Positions 24,919 through 39,100 of a stretch of DNA of 64,000 nt are shown piece after piece. The DNA is from Octopus vulgaris. Its lineage: Eukaryota. A program made the position numbers and the translations under genes. Location: NCBI GenBank assembly GCA_951406725.2, contig OX597833.1, positions 70,990,001 to 71,054,000 on the forward strand, given 5' to 3'. Numbering within the stretch: the first letter of the stretch is position 1; each line of letters opens with the position of its first letter. The notes under the pieces are model-generated. The model had not been told where the DNA came from, did no database searches, and worked only from the letters and a program-made list of their open reading frames with translations.

Positions 24919-25396
24919 AAAAAAAAAAAAAAAAAAAAACTCCAGATACGTTTTCGAAATTTTGCGTTCGTTTTTATGAAACTGGTCTGACAACTCCGAA
25001 GTTAAGTATGAAAATAATCATTGTTGTTAACATCCAGCAACACTTTTGTTGTTGCCGCCGTTGTCTTGTAGCCCAGACCGAATCTCACAAAACAGCCACC
25101 CTATGGCATGCGGGTAATCACACAACCAATAAACACCCCATATTTCTGTCATTCAATGTCGCTCTACCGACCTGAAGTTTGAAAATCTATTATTTCACAT
25201 TCAGCACGTGTCTTTAATCTGTCTTCAATTAGACAATAGAATGGTCAAGTAGGTACAATTGTTTGGTCGGGGCATAATCGATTGGCTTTAATCCAGCCAT
25301 GGACATTATAAGGAAATAAAAAGTACGAAATCGATGTAAAACGATGCATGCAGGATGCCGTCAACACAAGCAAGGACTGGTATGTATTTAGCGTAA

Positions 25397-25790
25397 ACTA
25401 GCAGTATCGCCCGGCGTTGCTCGGGTTCGGTTCGACCCTTTAGGATTGGAATTTTTGAAAAGTAAAAATTTTGCCTCGTGTAACTTGTTATTCTCTTTAA
25501 GTGAACATTTTTCTGGTTGAAATACACCGGAAAATGGCGACACAGCAGTCAAAAAATCGTAAAAAATCGGGATTTTCATAGAAAAAAAAAGCACCTTTTT
25601 GATGTAAACAATTTTTAGTCTTAACATGGTCCGATTTGAATTTTTTTCTTCTACGGAATGAAGAGCAAGCCTTCTTCTATCATACTCTCAACTTTGGTCA
25701 CTTGCGCCGCAGTGTCTCGGAGGAGATAGTGTTAGTTGAAGGCTACCAAACCTGCCACACACAGACAACCTCAGCTTTTTATATAGAGAG
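25397..25790 (+). mobile_element. Non-autonomous Helitron-like element
   Basis: Starts ACTAGCAGTATCGCCCGGCGTTG and ends CAGACAACCTCAGCTTTTTATATAGAG; the 5' end is repeated at ~48879-48960. Class assignment is by resemblance only. Confidence 0.45.
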
Positions 25791-26409
25791 TATAAGAAAA
25801 TCGTGAATTTAAATAAATAAATGTGGTGGGTTTAAGGTTTTAAAAAGGTGAATAACATTGGATTTGTTCGGAGAGTGTCAGAGTTAAGTTAAATCGAAAC
25901 TGAATGCTTCCTTGAACGATTTGAGTTTTGTTTTTAGAAATAGTTGTTGCTCAGACCTAGCTAACTTCTGACTGAATTGGTACATAGTCTAATGCAGTCC
26001 ACCCGTGACCACACCATCTGCTATTCAAACTTAGTTTATCCAAAAACTGCATCTATTCAATATGTCCTTCCCTTTTCTCAAAGACAGTTACGTTGTTTCT
26101 ATTATAGCAAGTTGCTACTGTTGTTGTTTAGCCCTAGGTCAGCCCTGATCAGGTAGACTCATGATCAAACTCACTCCACTTACGTTTGTGTCGTATCTTA
26201 TATATTTATGACTATAGGCTCCTTGTATGTCCTTTGTTCTTAAAAAAACAGTGATGTGTATAATTTGAAGCAGAATTGACTGATATTTCTAGCAAAGCGA
26301 GCGACCTCTTAGAGGCCCACTCGTCGGTATTGTTATTCAGGACTTCGTCTGTTCTCAATTCAGACCATGTCATTGATCGATTCAACTTTCCCAGCAGGCA
26401 ATGGCAATG

Positions 26410-26463
<54 letters not shown>

Positions 26464-26801
26464 CAACAACAACAACAGCAATCAGTTTATGGAGGAAAGC
26501 AACAAAAGAGAGAAATCGGAGAGGAAGGAATATTAATTTTCTCGTTTTCACAGACATTACTCCAACAGCAATGTCAGTCGGAAGGTGGCAAGTCGCCCAC
26601 TCGCCATTGTTCCTCTTAATTGCGTCATTTGAAACCTCCTACGATGCGTCGCTCACCACCGCAGTAAAAATATAAAATAAACATAAACCTTAATGGGTTT
26701 CTAGCTTCATATATTCCCAGGCCCGGTGTTAGCCGTCTGCTTGAGGAGTTCGCTTGCAAGCAATGTTGTTTCAGGTTCAATCCTGCTACGGGGCACCTAG
26801 C

Positions 26802-27110
26802 TCAAGTGATGACCAATCGAAGCATTGGAGGTACCGATCTATCAAATGGAAGGGGTTCACGACCATCATCTTGTTTGAAAATAGTTGAAAAAGCCTCGGC
26901 AAATAATTGACTCTGTTGATAAGGGTCCTCAATCGATACGCCTGTTGAGTCTACCAACGTTGCAATTTGGTTGTTCAAACGGGAATTCCGTTGGACATGG
27001 GCAAAGAAGGTTTTTGGATTGCTACTGGCGTTTTCCGCGATTTTGTATTCATAACTGAAGCGTTTTTCCTTTTCAATTTTCACGGCTCCGTCTCGTTGAG
27101 TTTTGTACAT
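26802..27110 (-). mobile_element. CR1-like LINE ORF2 internal fragment (EN-RT linker)
   Basis: YEYKIAENASSNPKTFFAHV...LFAEAFSTIF matches the NPK.F...F.S.F linker typical of CR1/L2 ORF2. Confidence 0.75.
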
Positions 27111-28204
27111 CTCAAGTCTATCAAATTCCTTGTGAGTGAAATTCAGCTGAGGGGAAACTGTGTGGAAGCCTGTTGAAGGCTTCGTTTCTGGTCTAAGGGT
27201 GTGAGATTTCATCCGCTGCTCGGTTCAACAACACCGCCGGGGCTTTGGCTGTTTTTCGGAGGGGGTGGAAAAGACAACGGGAGATGTCCTTTCTTCTCTG
27301 ACTCATCAGGACCAGTTTCAAACAGGACGAAACCCCAAACTTTGAGATCCTGCATGAGCCTGATTTGTTTATTTTACTTTGTTTTGTATCAAAATTAGTG
27401 AATAAAGGCGATGTCCGTCAGAGATTTCCAATGGGTCCCTCGTGGGTTCATTAGATTTTTGACGAAGAACATGACGTATGTTTGTAACTCAAGACAGAGT
27501 GACGAATATTTTGATGAACAAGATTGTTTGCAGCAATGAGATTGCATTTAGATGAAGTGGCTTGCTTAAATGCTACAATTGCGTGTGGTAGGGGATCTGA
27601 GATTCTGCATATTAGGAAAGAATATCGTGTTAATTTACTTGAGTCACAGTATGGAACGGCTGGTCGTGAAAAGGATTAACTGAACCCTTCTTTTTTCATT
27701 ACTTGAACTTGCTGCAACAAGATGTTATGCCAAGCCTAGCCAGGTTCATGGGCCCGGTTTCCCGGTTTCAATGGCGTATGTGTTCCCCAGCTGGATGGGA
27801 CGCCAGTCCATCGCAGCGTTACCAATTTTTGCCAGCTGAGTGGACTGGAGCAACATCAGTATTTAAGCCGTAGGATCGAATTTGGAGTAAAATTTTGGTT
27901 TTATCCACACGTAAAGCACACTGGCGTTCAAAAGACCTATAGATCTATGGGTCCGCATCTAGCTTTTCCGTTGTTGACGTGTATATAGTTTCAAAATGCA
28001 TTGTTTTATAACTATGAGATGTATTGTTAACTCCTAAAATACGAAATTTCGTCAAAAATGTTTAAAGTAAACTGTGTTCTGCGTGAGAAATTACACCAGT
28101 ATACAAAATTTCAAACTGTTTAGTTTAAAAAAATCTGAGGCAAACTGAACAGAGCCGATATTTTCCCGTGTGTTTTCAATTTTTATTTACCTATATATAT
28201 ATTA

Positions 28205-28281
<77 letters not shown>

Positions 28282-28509
28282 GTGTGTGTGTGTGTGTGTA
28301 TGTATGTGTGTGCGTATGTGTGCAAATGTTTGTCCTTGTGTTTGTTTCTCCGTCCCCGCTTGAGTCTCCGTAACCAAGCGGTTCGGCAAAAGACATCGAT
28401 AGAGTAAGCCTTGAGGTCGATTTCTGCGATTAACTCAACAAATGCTGCTCCACCAATATCCGCAGCCCAATGACTAAAAGTAAAGTGAGAAACCTTAATA
28501 AACCATATA

Positions 28510-28926
28510 GGCGCAGGAGTGGCTGTGTGGTAAGTAGCTTGCTTACAAACCACATGGTTCCGGGTTCAGTCCCACTGCGTGGCACCTTGGGCAAGTGTCT
28601 TCTACTATAGCCCCGGGCCGACCAATGCCTTGTGAGTGGATTTGGTAGACGGAAACTGAAGGAAGCCCGTCGTATATATGTATATATATATATGTGTGTG
28701 TGTGTGCGTGTATGTGTGTGTCTGTGTTTGTCCCCCTAGCATTGCTTGACATCCGATGCTGGTGTGTTTATGTCGCCGTCACTTAGCGGTTCGCCAAAAA
28801 AGACCGATAGAATAAGTACTGGGCTTACAAAAAGAATAAGTCCTGGGGTCGATTTGCTCGACTAAAGGCGGTGCTCCAGCATGGCCATAGTCAAATGACT
28901 GAAACAAGTAAAAGAGTAAAAGAGTA
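28510..28926 (+). mobile_element. SINE family A (full length)
   Basis: Matches consensus. Confidence 0.85.
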
Positions 28927-29687
28927 ATCCGTATTTAGATGAAATGTTTTTTTTTCGTATTTCAATAAAATATCCTGGTGTGGAGGAGGAGGTGGTGGAG
29001 GGGTGAGTGCCAATGACCTTAAAAAATGAGGGACACATGAATAAAAGGCGAGACGGTGGGGACGACAGGAAGGTCGCCTTTGATCACTGGTCTGATCGAT
29101 GAAGGTAGGCCCCAGGAACAAAACAAGCAACAAGCATTCCAAACTGCAGCCCCTACAATCCCTAGACGTTTCTTTTTCTTCTTCTTTTTGTGAACTTAAT
29201 GAGGGATTGGTTAGAAAGCAACCCCGCTGTGTTTCTGAATCGGTGTTTCAGGGCTGCTGAGCTAGCTACTGATGGCCATAAATGCTGGTGAAATTTATAA
29301 TGTCCATCGGTCAGAATTAAAACGACCAAGAAGTAAACAAGCCCCGAATCGAGGAGAATGGGAGCGTGAAAACGCTTGAGAGACGAGGAAGGCTGGGAGG
29401 CAGGGAGGCAGGGAGGCGTAGAACTGTTAAGAAGATGCCTTCAGACGCGACCGAACTGAATGGAGTGATGACGTCATTGAATTACTGACCAATGAAAAGG
29501 TTGAGATTTTGTGCACGGCTTGAATGGAAAAAATCTCCAAACAATTTGAAAAGAAACAGCACGAGTCCAAAAGAATACGCACGCACATACATACACATAC
29601 ACACACCCCCATACACACACATACATACACACACACACACTCACATACATACATGTGAGTATGTGTGTGTATGTATGTGTGTATATC

Positions 29688-29893
29688 TCTTTTACTTGTT
29701 TCAGTCATTTGACTGCGGCCATGCTGGAGCACCGCCTTTAGTCGAGCAAATCGACCCCGGGACTTATTCTTTGTAAGCCCAGTACTTATTCTATCGGTCT
29801 CTTTTGCCGAACCACTAGGTGACGGAGACGTAAACACACCATCATCGGTTGTCAAGCAATGCTAGGGGGACAAACACAGACACACAAACATAT

Positions 29894-29939
<46 letters not shown>

Positions 29940-30096
29940 GACAGGCTTCTTTCAGTTTCCGTCTACCAAATCCACTCACAAGGCTTTGGTCGGCCCGGGG
30001 CTGTAGCAGAAGACACATGCCCAAGATGCCACGCAGTGGGACTGAACCCAGAACCATGTGGTTGGTTAGCAAGCTACTTACCACACAGCCACTCCT
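29688..30096 (-). mobile_element. SINE family A (full length)
   Basis: Matches consensus, inverted relative to 28510-28926. Confidence 0.85.
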
Positions 30097-30101
30097 TAGA
30101 T

Positions 30102-30132
<31 letters not shown>

Positions 30133-30944
30133 TTGTGTGTGTTATATATCAGGTCATCCCATAAGTTCTGTCCGATTTCACCTTTTTCAAAATTGAATGA
30201 AATTTAATAGAATTTTAGAAATGTCCAGTGGAATTAAAAGTTATTTCTATGCATTTGTGTACACTTAGGCGTAGGCGTGGCTGTGTGGTAAGTAGCTTGC
30301 TCACCAACCACATGGTTCCGGGTCAAGTCCCAATGCGTGGCACATTGGGCAAGTGTCTTCTATTATAGCCTCGAGCCAACCAAAGCCTTGTGAGTGGAGT
30401 TGGTAGGCGGAAACTGAAAGAAGCCCGTCGTATGTATGCATCTTCTTTTATTCTTTTATTTGTTTCAGTCATTTGCGGTCATGCAAGAAATGTTCTTTAT
30501 CTTTGCTGGCTCAAATTCATTGTTTGCTCAACCATAGCTTGAAAATCGGTGTTGGTTTCTTTATATCCTCGTAACTTAACGGTTCGGCAAAGTTACCGAT
30601 AGAATAAATACCAGGCATATTTAAATCACAAGCAACGTTTGACAGCTAAAGCAATATCGCTCGTTTGCGCCATAGCTTCCTTAGTCTTTTCTTTCTCTCT
30701 GCGCCTACGTCCATTGGCTGCCGGTGGTCGTCCGATTTGCTCGAAACAGAAGACCGACCTCTCTTAACAAATAGTACAGTTCAAGTCATTTAACCGACCC
30801 ACTACCTCCGCTTTTGCGTGATTTCCGGCTTAAGTTCGAACGCTTCCTGAGACATTTTCGAAATGAACCAGAACTCGAACACAACAAATAGAATATGCCA
30901 AGAATTGTTTGCTAGAGTTCAAGGTATAGGAGTGGCTCATAGGC

Positions 30945-31368
30945 TTAGGAATGGTTGAGTGGTAAGTAGCTTGTTAACCAACCACATGGTTCCGGGTTCA
31001 GTCCCACTGCATGGTACCTTGGGCAAGTGTCTTCTACTATAGCCTCGGGTCGACCAAAGCCTTGTGAGTGGATTTGGTAGATGGAAACTGAAAGAAGCCC
31101 GTCGTATATATGTATATATATATATATATGTATATGTGTGTCTATATGTTTGTGTGTCTGTGTTTGTCCCCCTAGCATTGCTTGACAACCGATCCTGGTG
31201 TGTTTACGTTCCCGTAACTTAGCGGTTCGGCAAAAGAAAACCATAGGAGAGAACCAAGTACTAGGCTTACAAAGAATAAGTCCTGGGGTCGATTTGCTCG
31301 ATCAACAAAAGGCGGTGCTCCAGCATGGCCACAGTCAAATGACTGAAACAAATAAAGGAGTAAAAGAG
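30945..31368 (+). mobile_element. SINE family A
   Basis: Matches consensus. Confidence 0.8.
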
Positions 31369-32602
31369 TTATCCTGAAACATACCTGAATCTGACCACGT
31401 GATATTTCCTTGACTTCTTTTCTGCATGTGAACCTTCCGTAAGACCACAAAGGTGCAGCATACCTCTAAAGGAGCGTAACTGAGATGAACTTAGCCATAA
31501 GATAACTTGCGATTAATACCAAGTTAAGTACAGGAGTTTATATAACTAACTTTAGAAAAAAAATCTTGGAGACAGTGCTCCAGCCTGGACTCTTTCTGTT
31601 GTCAGAAGCTAAAAAAAATGGTTGCTGGTTCCTGCACTTTTGAGGGTAGGGAAAAAGTTGCTATCATCGACGACTCCAGTACTTCATTGAATTGTACTTT
31701 ATTTATCGACCTCGGAGAGATGAAATGCATAGTTGACCTCAAAATACCGTAAAGAATTTGTTTCGAAAACCCAACGATTTCTGCTAAGTCGCCATCTTTG
31801 AAACCAGGAAAATAATGGTCACTTATTTAACCAGCAATCCCGAGGGGGGAGGGGATAAGTTCGTACTATATCTCTCAGTACTTGGCTGGTTCTTTATTTA
31901 GGGATCTCAAACGGATGAACGGCAAAGTTGGTTTCGGCGGAATTTGAGCAGAAAACGTAGGGTCGGACGAAACGTTGCTAAGCAATTTGTTCGACGCACT
32001 GACAATTCTACTAATCCGTTCGTTCGAAGGCAGATGCCACGAGTCCGTTTAATTTTTCGATATCTGGCCAACCGGTACGTGTTGGGAGTGTGATCTGAAG
32101 ACATTGACCAGCCATACTGAAAGGTTAGTGGGAGCATAGAGAGAGGGACGAGGTCGCTTTCGAAATAACTTGATAGCTGTCACAATTGTCACTTGGAGTT
32201 TTAATTCCCACTTGTTTTCAGTGAATTTTCTTTTTAATAGAGCGGCTCAAATTACTTGTCTATCAGTTTAATTATACAGGCACATACGCAGACGTATGTA
32301 CCGAGAAACACTCTCACACATTCTCTCTCTCTCTCTCTCTCTTTCGATCTCTTCCTTTGTCTGTCTCCGCCGCCACTAACCACAGGGACGAGTATTGTAA
32401 AATGTAGAAGGAAAAAAAGAAACTGACTGAAAATGGCAGACGATGTGAATGTGGATTGTGGATCACCACCTTTGATCAGACAAAAACAGAAATGGAAAGC
32501 AATACTATTCATTATACACTCGAGATATCAGAAACCACGCTCGGGCATGAGCGCGCACGCACGCACGCACGCGTGTACACGTACACACGCACGCTCTCTA
32601 TT

Positions 32603-32641
<39 letters not shown>

Positions 32642-33777
32642 TATACGCATACACACAAGACCTGGTGTATGACTATAGGATTGTGTCTTCACTATACACT
32701 CGCAATTGACTTGCTGTTCCCATCTTCCATCTGCAATGTATGTATGCATGCATGTGGGGACGAAATTTTCTTAAGGGGAAGCAAACCCAGTTTTTCAGGA
32801 GGATATTCAAAGCATTTTCATTGCCCCCCCCCACGTCAACCGCCCACAAATATTAGGGGACACGCTCGCACTTCCTGTAGCCCCTGTTCCGGAGCCTATC
32901 GTAACATCAAGGCATTGCTGTGTAATAATAATAAAAACGTTTGCTTTCCAGCCACATGGTTCCGAGTTCAGAGGATTTTTGTCTGATACTTTAACGATCC
33001 GGCCCCTCTTTACTTCCTTCATTGACCCCCTCAACAACTGATTGCGTCATAGGGACCCCGTGGTGATAAACGGATTATCTCGAGGCATTTAAACCTAGCG
33101 GTGACCATCCCTCTCTAGTTTTGACAACAGCTGATTTCTTCCACGAGAAGAGGGAGAAAGAGAGCGAGAAGGAAAGTGAGGGGGAGGAGAAGAAGAAGAA
33201 GAAGAAGACTGGTATTTCGTTTATTGTCCCCGGAGGAGTGAAAAGTAAAGTTGACATCAGCTGGATTTGAACGCAGATCATAAAGGACCAGAAATAAATA
33301 AGCACATAATTTATTTAATTGGCTCGATTCAAGGTCGCATTTAATTACAGAATTCAGATCAACATTTGTCACCAATGTATTTGAGAGAGAGAGAGAGAGA
33401 AGGTCGTATTCTTCTCTTCGAGTAGAACCCATCTCAGACAACGTTTCAGTCGATATGAGGTTACACAGAAAATAATATTTGTCCAAGGTGCCACGCAGAC
33501 GGATCGAACTCGGAATGCCGTGGTTGCGAAACTAACTTCTAAACTATTCAACCATACAGTGCCAGCAACTGTAATTTAATAAGGTCGCATTGAAGGAAGT
33601 TTTTTTTTATTAAATATGCGGAAAATGTAATTACATTTATTGTGGGAACTAATTATAAAGGATAAATTAATATAAAGGAAGGTGACCGTTTTTAATGACT
33701 TGTACATATCCCCGGGCCTACCAATGGGTTGGGAGTGGATTTGGTCGATGATGGAAACTGTATGGAAGCCCGTCATA

Positions 33778-33808
<31 letters not shown>

Positions 33809-34169
33809 GTATATGTGTGTGTGTATGTATATATATATGTATATGTGTGTGTATGTATGTATATATATATATATGTATATGTGTGTGTGTGTGATTTTTT
33901 TTCTTCCCCACAGCTTGGTAACCAGTTTTGGTTTGTTTACGCCCATAACTTTGCGGTTCGGCAAAACAATCCGATAGAATAAGTGCAAGACATGAAAAAT
34001 AAAGAGCCGGTTAGTTCGCGTAAACCACTCAAGGTGCAGCTCCAGCTTAGCCGCAGTCCAATGACTGAAACGAGTAAAAGATAAACGATCCAGTGAGGAG
34101 GTTTGACTTTGATGCTTCTTCATTTCCGATCCGAATCGTCCGTCGTCCGTCCTGGGACGGTTCCAGTAA

Positions 34170-34317
34170 AAGCACGCAGCTTTGGTCCCTTAATCCATCC
34201 GGTCTCATAGAAGAAATTGAAAGGTTACGAAGAATGTTCACCAGTAAGATACCTTCGGTCAAAAGCCTTAATTATTGAGGACGCCTGAAAGTTCTGTGTC
34301 TCTACTCCCTTGAACTC

Positions 34318-34377
<60 letters not shown>

Positions 34378-34700
34378 CTACCAAATACACATGGAAAATT
34401 CTGAGGTGCATGTTCCAAACTTTGGCATTAGAGAGAATTTTAATGCACGAACTGGCAGATACTGTCAGCTTCCAAATAGACCACCACCTTCGAAATTACA
34501 AGCAAAGCATCCTCTTGATATTTAGTCTGGTATTTAGAGGTCCTCAAATGCTTACCTAAAGAAATCAGAAATATAAAAGGGACCTCTACTGAAACTTTTA
34601 AAAAGAAAGTCCTCGAATAAACTGCTAAGGACGATACCAGACCAGCCAATCTTTTAAGGACACACTCAGGGACGATCAGCTTTTACAAACTCAATTAAAG
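34170..34700 (+). mobile_element. Degenerate CR1/L2-group LINE ORF2 C-terminal fragment with internal (GA)n expansion
   Basis: QLWSLNPSGLIEEIERLRRMFTSKIPSVKSLNY*GRLKVLCLYSLELRRER(...)Y...VPNFGI...LPKEIRNI...IPDQP, with stops and frameshifts. Confidence 0.7.
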
Positions 34701-35505
34701 ACCAACTTCCAGCCATAAAGTAACAAACAAAACTGAATGAATATAAAGGTGGTGCTCCAGCATGGCCGCAATCCTACGACTGAAACCATTAAAAGAAAAG
34801 AATCAGTTTTTTCTGAGAATAGATTGCCAACCCCTTCACTCAACCCTTTTTTTTTACGTTTCTGGAGAAAAGGGACGCTGTGTGTGGCCTCCCACGACGA
34901 CCCCTTTTTTACGGCGTAACTTTGCTGAACCCCAAAGAAAAAGGGGCAGCGAAGAATCGATCTCAGTACTTTATTTATCGATGTAGGAAAGAGAGAAAAA
35001 AAGAATCCTTGAAGGCGGTGCTCCAGCATAGCCGCATTTCGGTGACTGAAAATAGTAAAAGAATATATACGGGTTACAGGCGTGGCCGTATTGTAAAAAG
35101 CTTGCTTCTGAAGCACATGGCTCCGGGTTCAGTTCCACAGAGTGACACTTTGGGCAAGCGTCTTCTACTATAGCCTTGGACCGACCAAAGCTTTGTGAGT
35201 GGATTTGGTAGACGGAAACTAAAAGAAGCCTGTCGTATTTGTGTGTGTGTGTGTGTGTGCGCGCGCCTGCGTCAGTCTCCCGTAACTTTGCGGTTCGGCA
35301 AAAGCGAAAAAAAAAACAAAGAATAATTAGGTGACTTTAAAAAAATAAATACTTGGGTTTATTCGTTTAAGAAAAGATTCTCAAAGATGGTGCTGCCGCA
35401 TGGCCATAGTCTAATGACGGAAACAAAAAAAAAAGGTGACAGATTCGACGTCTGAGACCATTTCACCTGTGTACGTGTATATCTATGTGTGTATGTGTGT
35501 GTGTG

Positions 35506-35545
<40 letters not shown>

Positions 35546-36120
35546 GTATAAATAGATTTAAAGTTTATCAGGAGTGCGGTCTTAAAATATATATAAAAAA
35601 AAAGAAAGAGAAGAAAAAAGGGAAAATAACGACAATCATAAAAAGAAAAGGAAGACCAAACAATGTGAAGAGGCTGACTCCTCCTCCACCTCAGCAACTG
35701 CGAAACATACTTACCCCGGTACATCAGGACAGAACTGACTAAATCTGCATCGTCCTTCCTTCTTTAAGCCCAGTTTGGTTACAAAAAAAAAAAAAAAAAA
35801 AAAACCTTCCCCCCCCCCACCTTGTCGTCCGTCCATTCAGTGGTCAATAGTGAAGCCGTCCCTCCTTTACTTTAATAACCCATCCCCCCCTTCACACCAG
35901 TTACAAAGAATAATCTCTCCTTTTTGGGTTTCGACTCCAACTGCAACAGGTAACAATAACATCATTGCATTCAGGCCAACCGTGCCCCTCCCCTCTATTT
36001 GGACATATTGCTGAAGTTACTCCGACCAGAATAATATAAACATACCAAAAAAAAAAAAAAAAAAGGGGAAAATAAAATTACAACGAAATAAAAAGTGACA
36101 TCGCTTCGGGAACAATTATC

Positions 36121-36137
36121 ATGGCTCTTCATACGAG
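36121..36137 (+). CDS. Candidate first coding exon (MALHT-R) of the two-repeat orphan gene
   Basis: ATCATGG start context and strong donor GAG|GTAAGG; phase 2 fits the exon at 49807. The linkage is inferred. Confidence 0.3.
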
Positions 36138-39100
36138 GTAAGGTCTTTATATTCCTCGATTGATGCTTTAATTTAGCTGTAGTTTCTTTCTTCTTCGAGT
36201 ACCAATCATTTTTAAGTCGAGCATTTTACAATCACCATTTCTGTCGTAATGTTGTTTCGTTAAACTCACAAAAAGAATAACGTTCATTTTTGCTTGTCAG
36301 TTGTGGCAAATTCTTAATTGCTGGGGAATTGGCAAATTATGAGAATATGTCAGTCAGGTGATAAAATGCTTCGTTCACTATATTTGTTTTGTAGTTTATT
36401 TGAGCCATTTTATTTTGTTTCACTGATCACCTTTCATTAATTAGCTGTATTTTATTTCGTCTCTTTACACAATATGACTCCAAACTTCACACCTTAGCAG
36501 AGTCAAACTCTGAAGTTGATAATGTAAATACCAGTAATTCATTCGGGACAATCTAAATTGTTCCAGTTGTTCTAATTTCTGAAGATAGTAGATAAATCGA
36601 TACTACCAGCACTAGTTCTTGAGTTGTACTTTATTCTATCGACTTCGGAGGGATTTTAAACTCAGAGAGAGCTGGAAAAAATACTAGAAGGTATTTTCCC
36701 CACAATTTTGCCATCTCACCAAACTTCGGAAACGATTGAAATGATAAAAAAAAAGGTTTCCCTGCTCTCGTGTTTAACTTCAACATTAACGAATCCTAAA
36801 ATTCCATTAATGGGAATCTTATGTGTTATTCTGGTGCTAGTTCATTCGGTGTCTATGAATTGTTTGAAGTTGTTTTATTGAGGATATGAGGAATATATTA
36901 CAAGCAGCTGTTTTAATGAAACCGTAAGAGATTGTTGTAAAAAAATAAATTAGAGTAGAAAAAATAATTAAATTACAAATGGATGTATTAGTTTTCAGGT
37001 CTTACGCAAATAACGGGGTAAACAGCCCAAAATGTTTTTCTTAAAAATATATTCGCTTGTGATAATATAGCATGAAGTTTTTTTTTCTTTCTTAATCTGA
37101 GACTTGTCTTTCATGCAAAACTCTTATTTTAATTGTTTAAACCCGGAGGTAGGCCTGCCTGGACTGTCGTGTTTTCTTTTCGTAGGGAGGAGGGGATGTT
37201 GAGAACTATGTTTTCCAATGTTTCCCTATTAGTTAGAGCCATAAGACCGGGAGATTCTTGAAACCGCGACACGCGTAGCCGTAGACGTACGGAAGGGAAA
37301 TTGCAGGGAGCGCGAAGTTTGTAAATATACTGGAAGTTTGAAATATTCACAACCAACAAAAAACTCGTGGGCTTAAAGATAAAGTTTATAGGAAACTTTT
37401 AGCTGATCCCATCCCCAGGTTATCGTGAACAAATGTTTTCGGCAATGATTAGAACCGAAAGCAAATGTGAAATTCTGTCAATGGAAAATATGTGACTGGG
37501 GCCTAGAAATGGAGTTAATTGTTTGAAAAAGCTAAGCTAATACATCTCGTTAAAAATATTTTAAGAGGGAACAGTCAATTATATATGCAAATAAAGTACC
37601 AGTACTTGACAGGTACTACTGCTTGGTCCACCCCACTCACGTATGATATTCTGTCGTCATTATTCTTTGAAAAAACATTTATTTTAATGAAATTTTGTAG
37701 AAATATATCTCCATTGAGGTAAATTACGATTCTGTTGATGAATTTTAGAAAACTATCGTCTGTTTTAAGGTATCCGACCATTTTATTCCAGATCTTTCAC
37801 ACTGGGTACGCAAAAACTGTCGGGACATTGTGAAAGATTACGTCAGGAGAGTAAATTCCATAACCCTCGCATTATTGTATGAATTCAGGAAAATTAGCTG
37901 TTATTTCTAACTGTGTAAGTGACCTGTCTTGACCTCATTGGCTAGAAGTCTTGCCCGAATGTTTGCAACAGGCTAGGACTGCTAAAGGTACATGTGCCAG
38001 GCGAGGCTAAACCGGGCCATAGCAGGATTTGAACTCGAAATGCAAAAGAACAGGAACAAAGATTGTAAAACGCTATTCGAAGGCTCTGACGACTTTGCCA
38101 CGTGCCATTAACAATCAATAATTTGGGTTGCCTAATTGGGTTGGAGATATCATAGTTATTTTGGTGCCCACTGGTAAGGACAGTTAAGTCAATTTGAGAA
38201 TGTTTGTGCTGGTGTTTAGCTAAGTTGATCCTTAATTCCATAGACCCGTGATTAAAGATGCTCCAGCTGTAACAATCCTTTTTTTTTTTTTTGAGAGGGC
38301 TCTATTATATCATGTATATTCCATTAGCTATTAAAGGTGTTCTAGTTTTCACCGTTTATTCAGAACAGGCCTGGCCAACTCGAATTACATTGCGGGCCAT
38401 TTTAATCAAAGAAAATTTCTTGAGGGTCACTTATATACTTTATGCACTGCTGACAGACTTGAAAGGGGTATCTTTCTTTTTTTATTTTTCATTACAATAT
38501 TTAATCTTTGATAAATTTTTTTTTTTTAATGTTTAAATAAACCCATTTCAAGAAAGTATCATGCGGCCCTCGGCCTCAGGTTGGCCATCGCTGATTTAGA
38601 GTATGTCTAGGACTTCACCATGTTTGTGACGCTATTTGCCTCGATGTTATCTTTCATTTGCTTCAATCATTAAAGGGACCCCAGGAATTTTTTTTTATAT
38701 TTTAAGCTTGATACTTATTCTAAGCGCTGAGTTACCGGAACGTAAACACCAACGCTGGTTGACAAGCGGTGATGGGGGGGACACACACGCACATACAACG
38801 GGCTCCTTTCACTTTCTGTCTACCAAATTCTCTCACAAGGCTCTGGTCGGCCCGAGGCTATTGCAGAAGACACTCGCCCGAGGTGCCAAACAGTGGGACT
38901 GAACCCGGAACCATGTGGTTGAAAAGCAAGCTTCTTACCACAGAACCACACACCAAATTTTTTTTTTTTTTTTATTGGAGAAGTTATATAATTTCATAAA
39001 ATCTTAAATGATTCACACTTAAAAATTGTGCGTATTTGTGTAGATTGTTGATAAGGCGTTTGACTGGTTACTTGAATGGATGGGTACTTACTTTGTAGAG

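Noticed and set aside
26553-26675. Strong acceptor TTTTCACAG followed by CpG-rich sequence
   Set aside because: All frames close quickly and there is no clear donor, so it cannot be tied to a gene.
27290-27345. Minus-strand CTGATGA and GAAAC close together
   Set aside because: Could not build three helices around the core.
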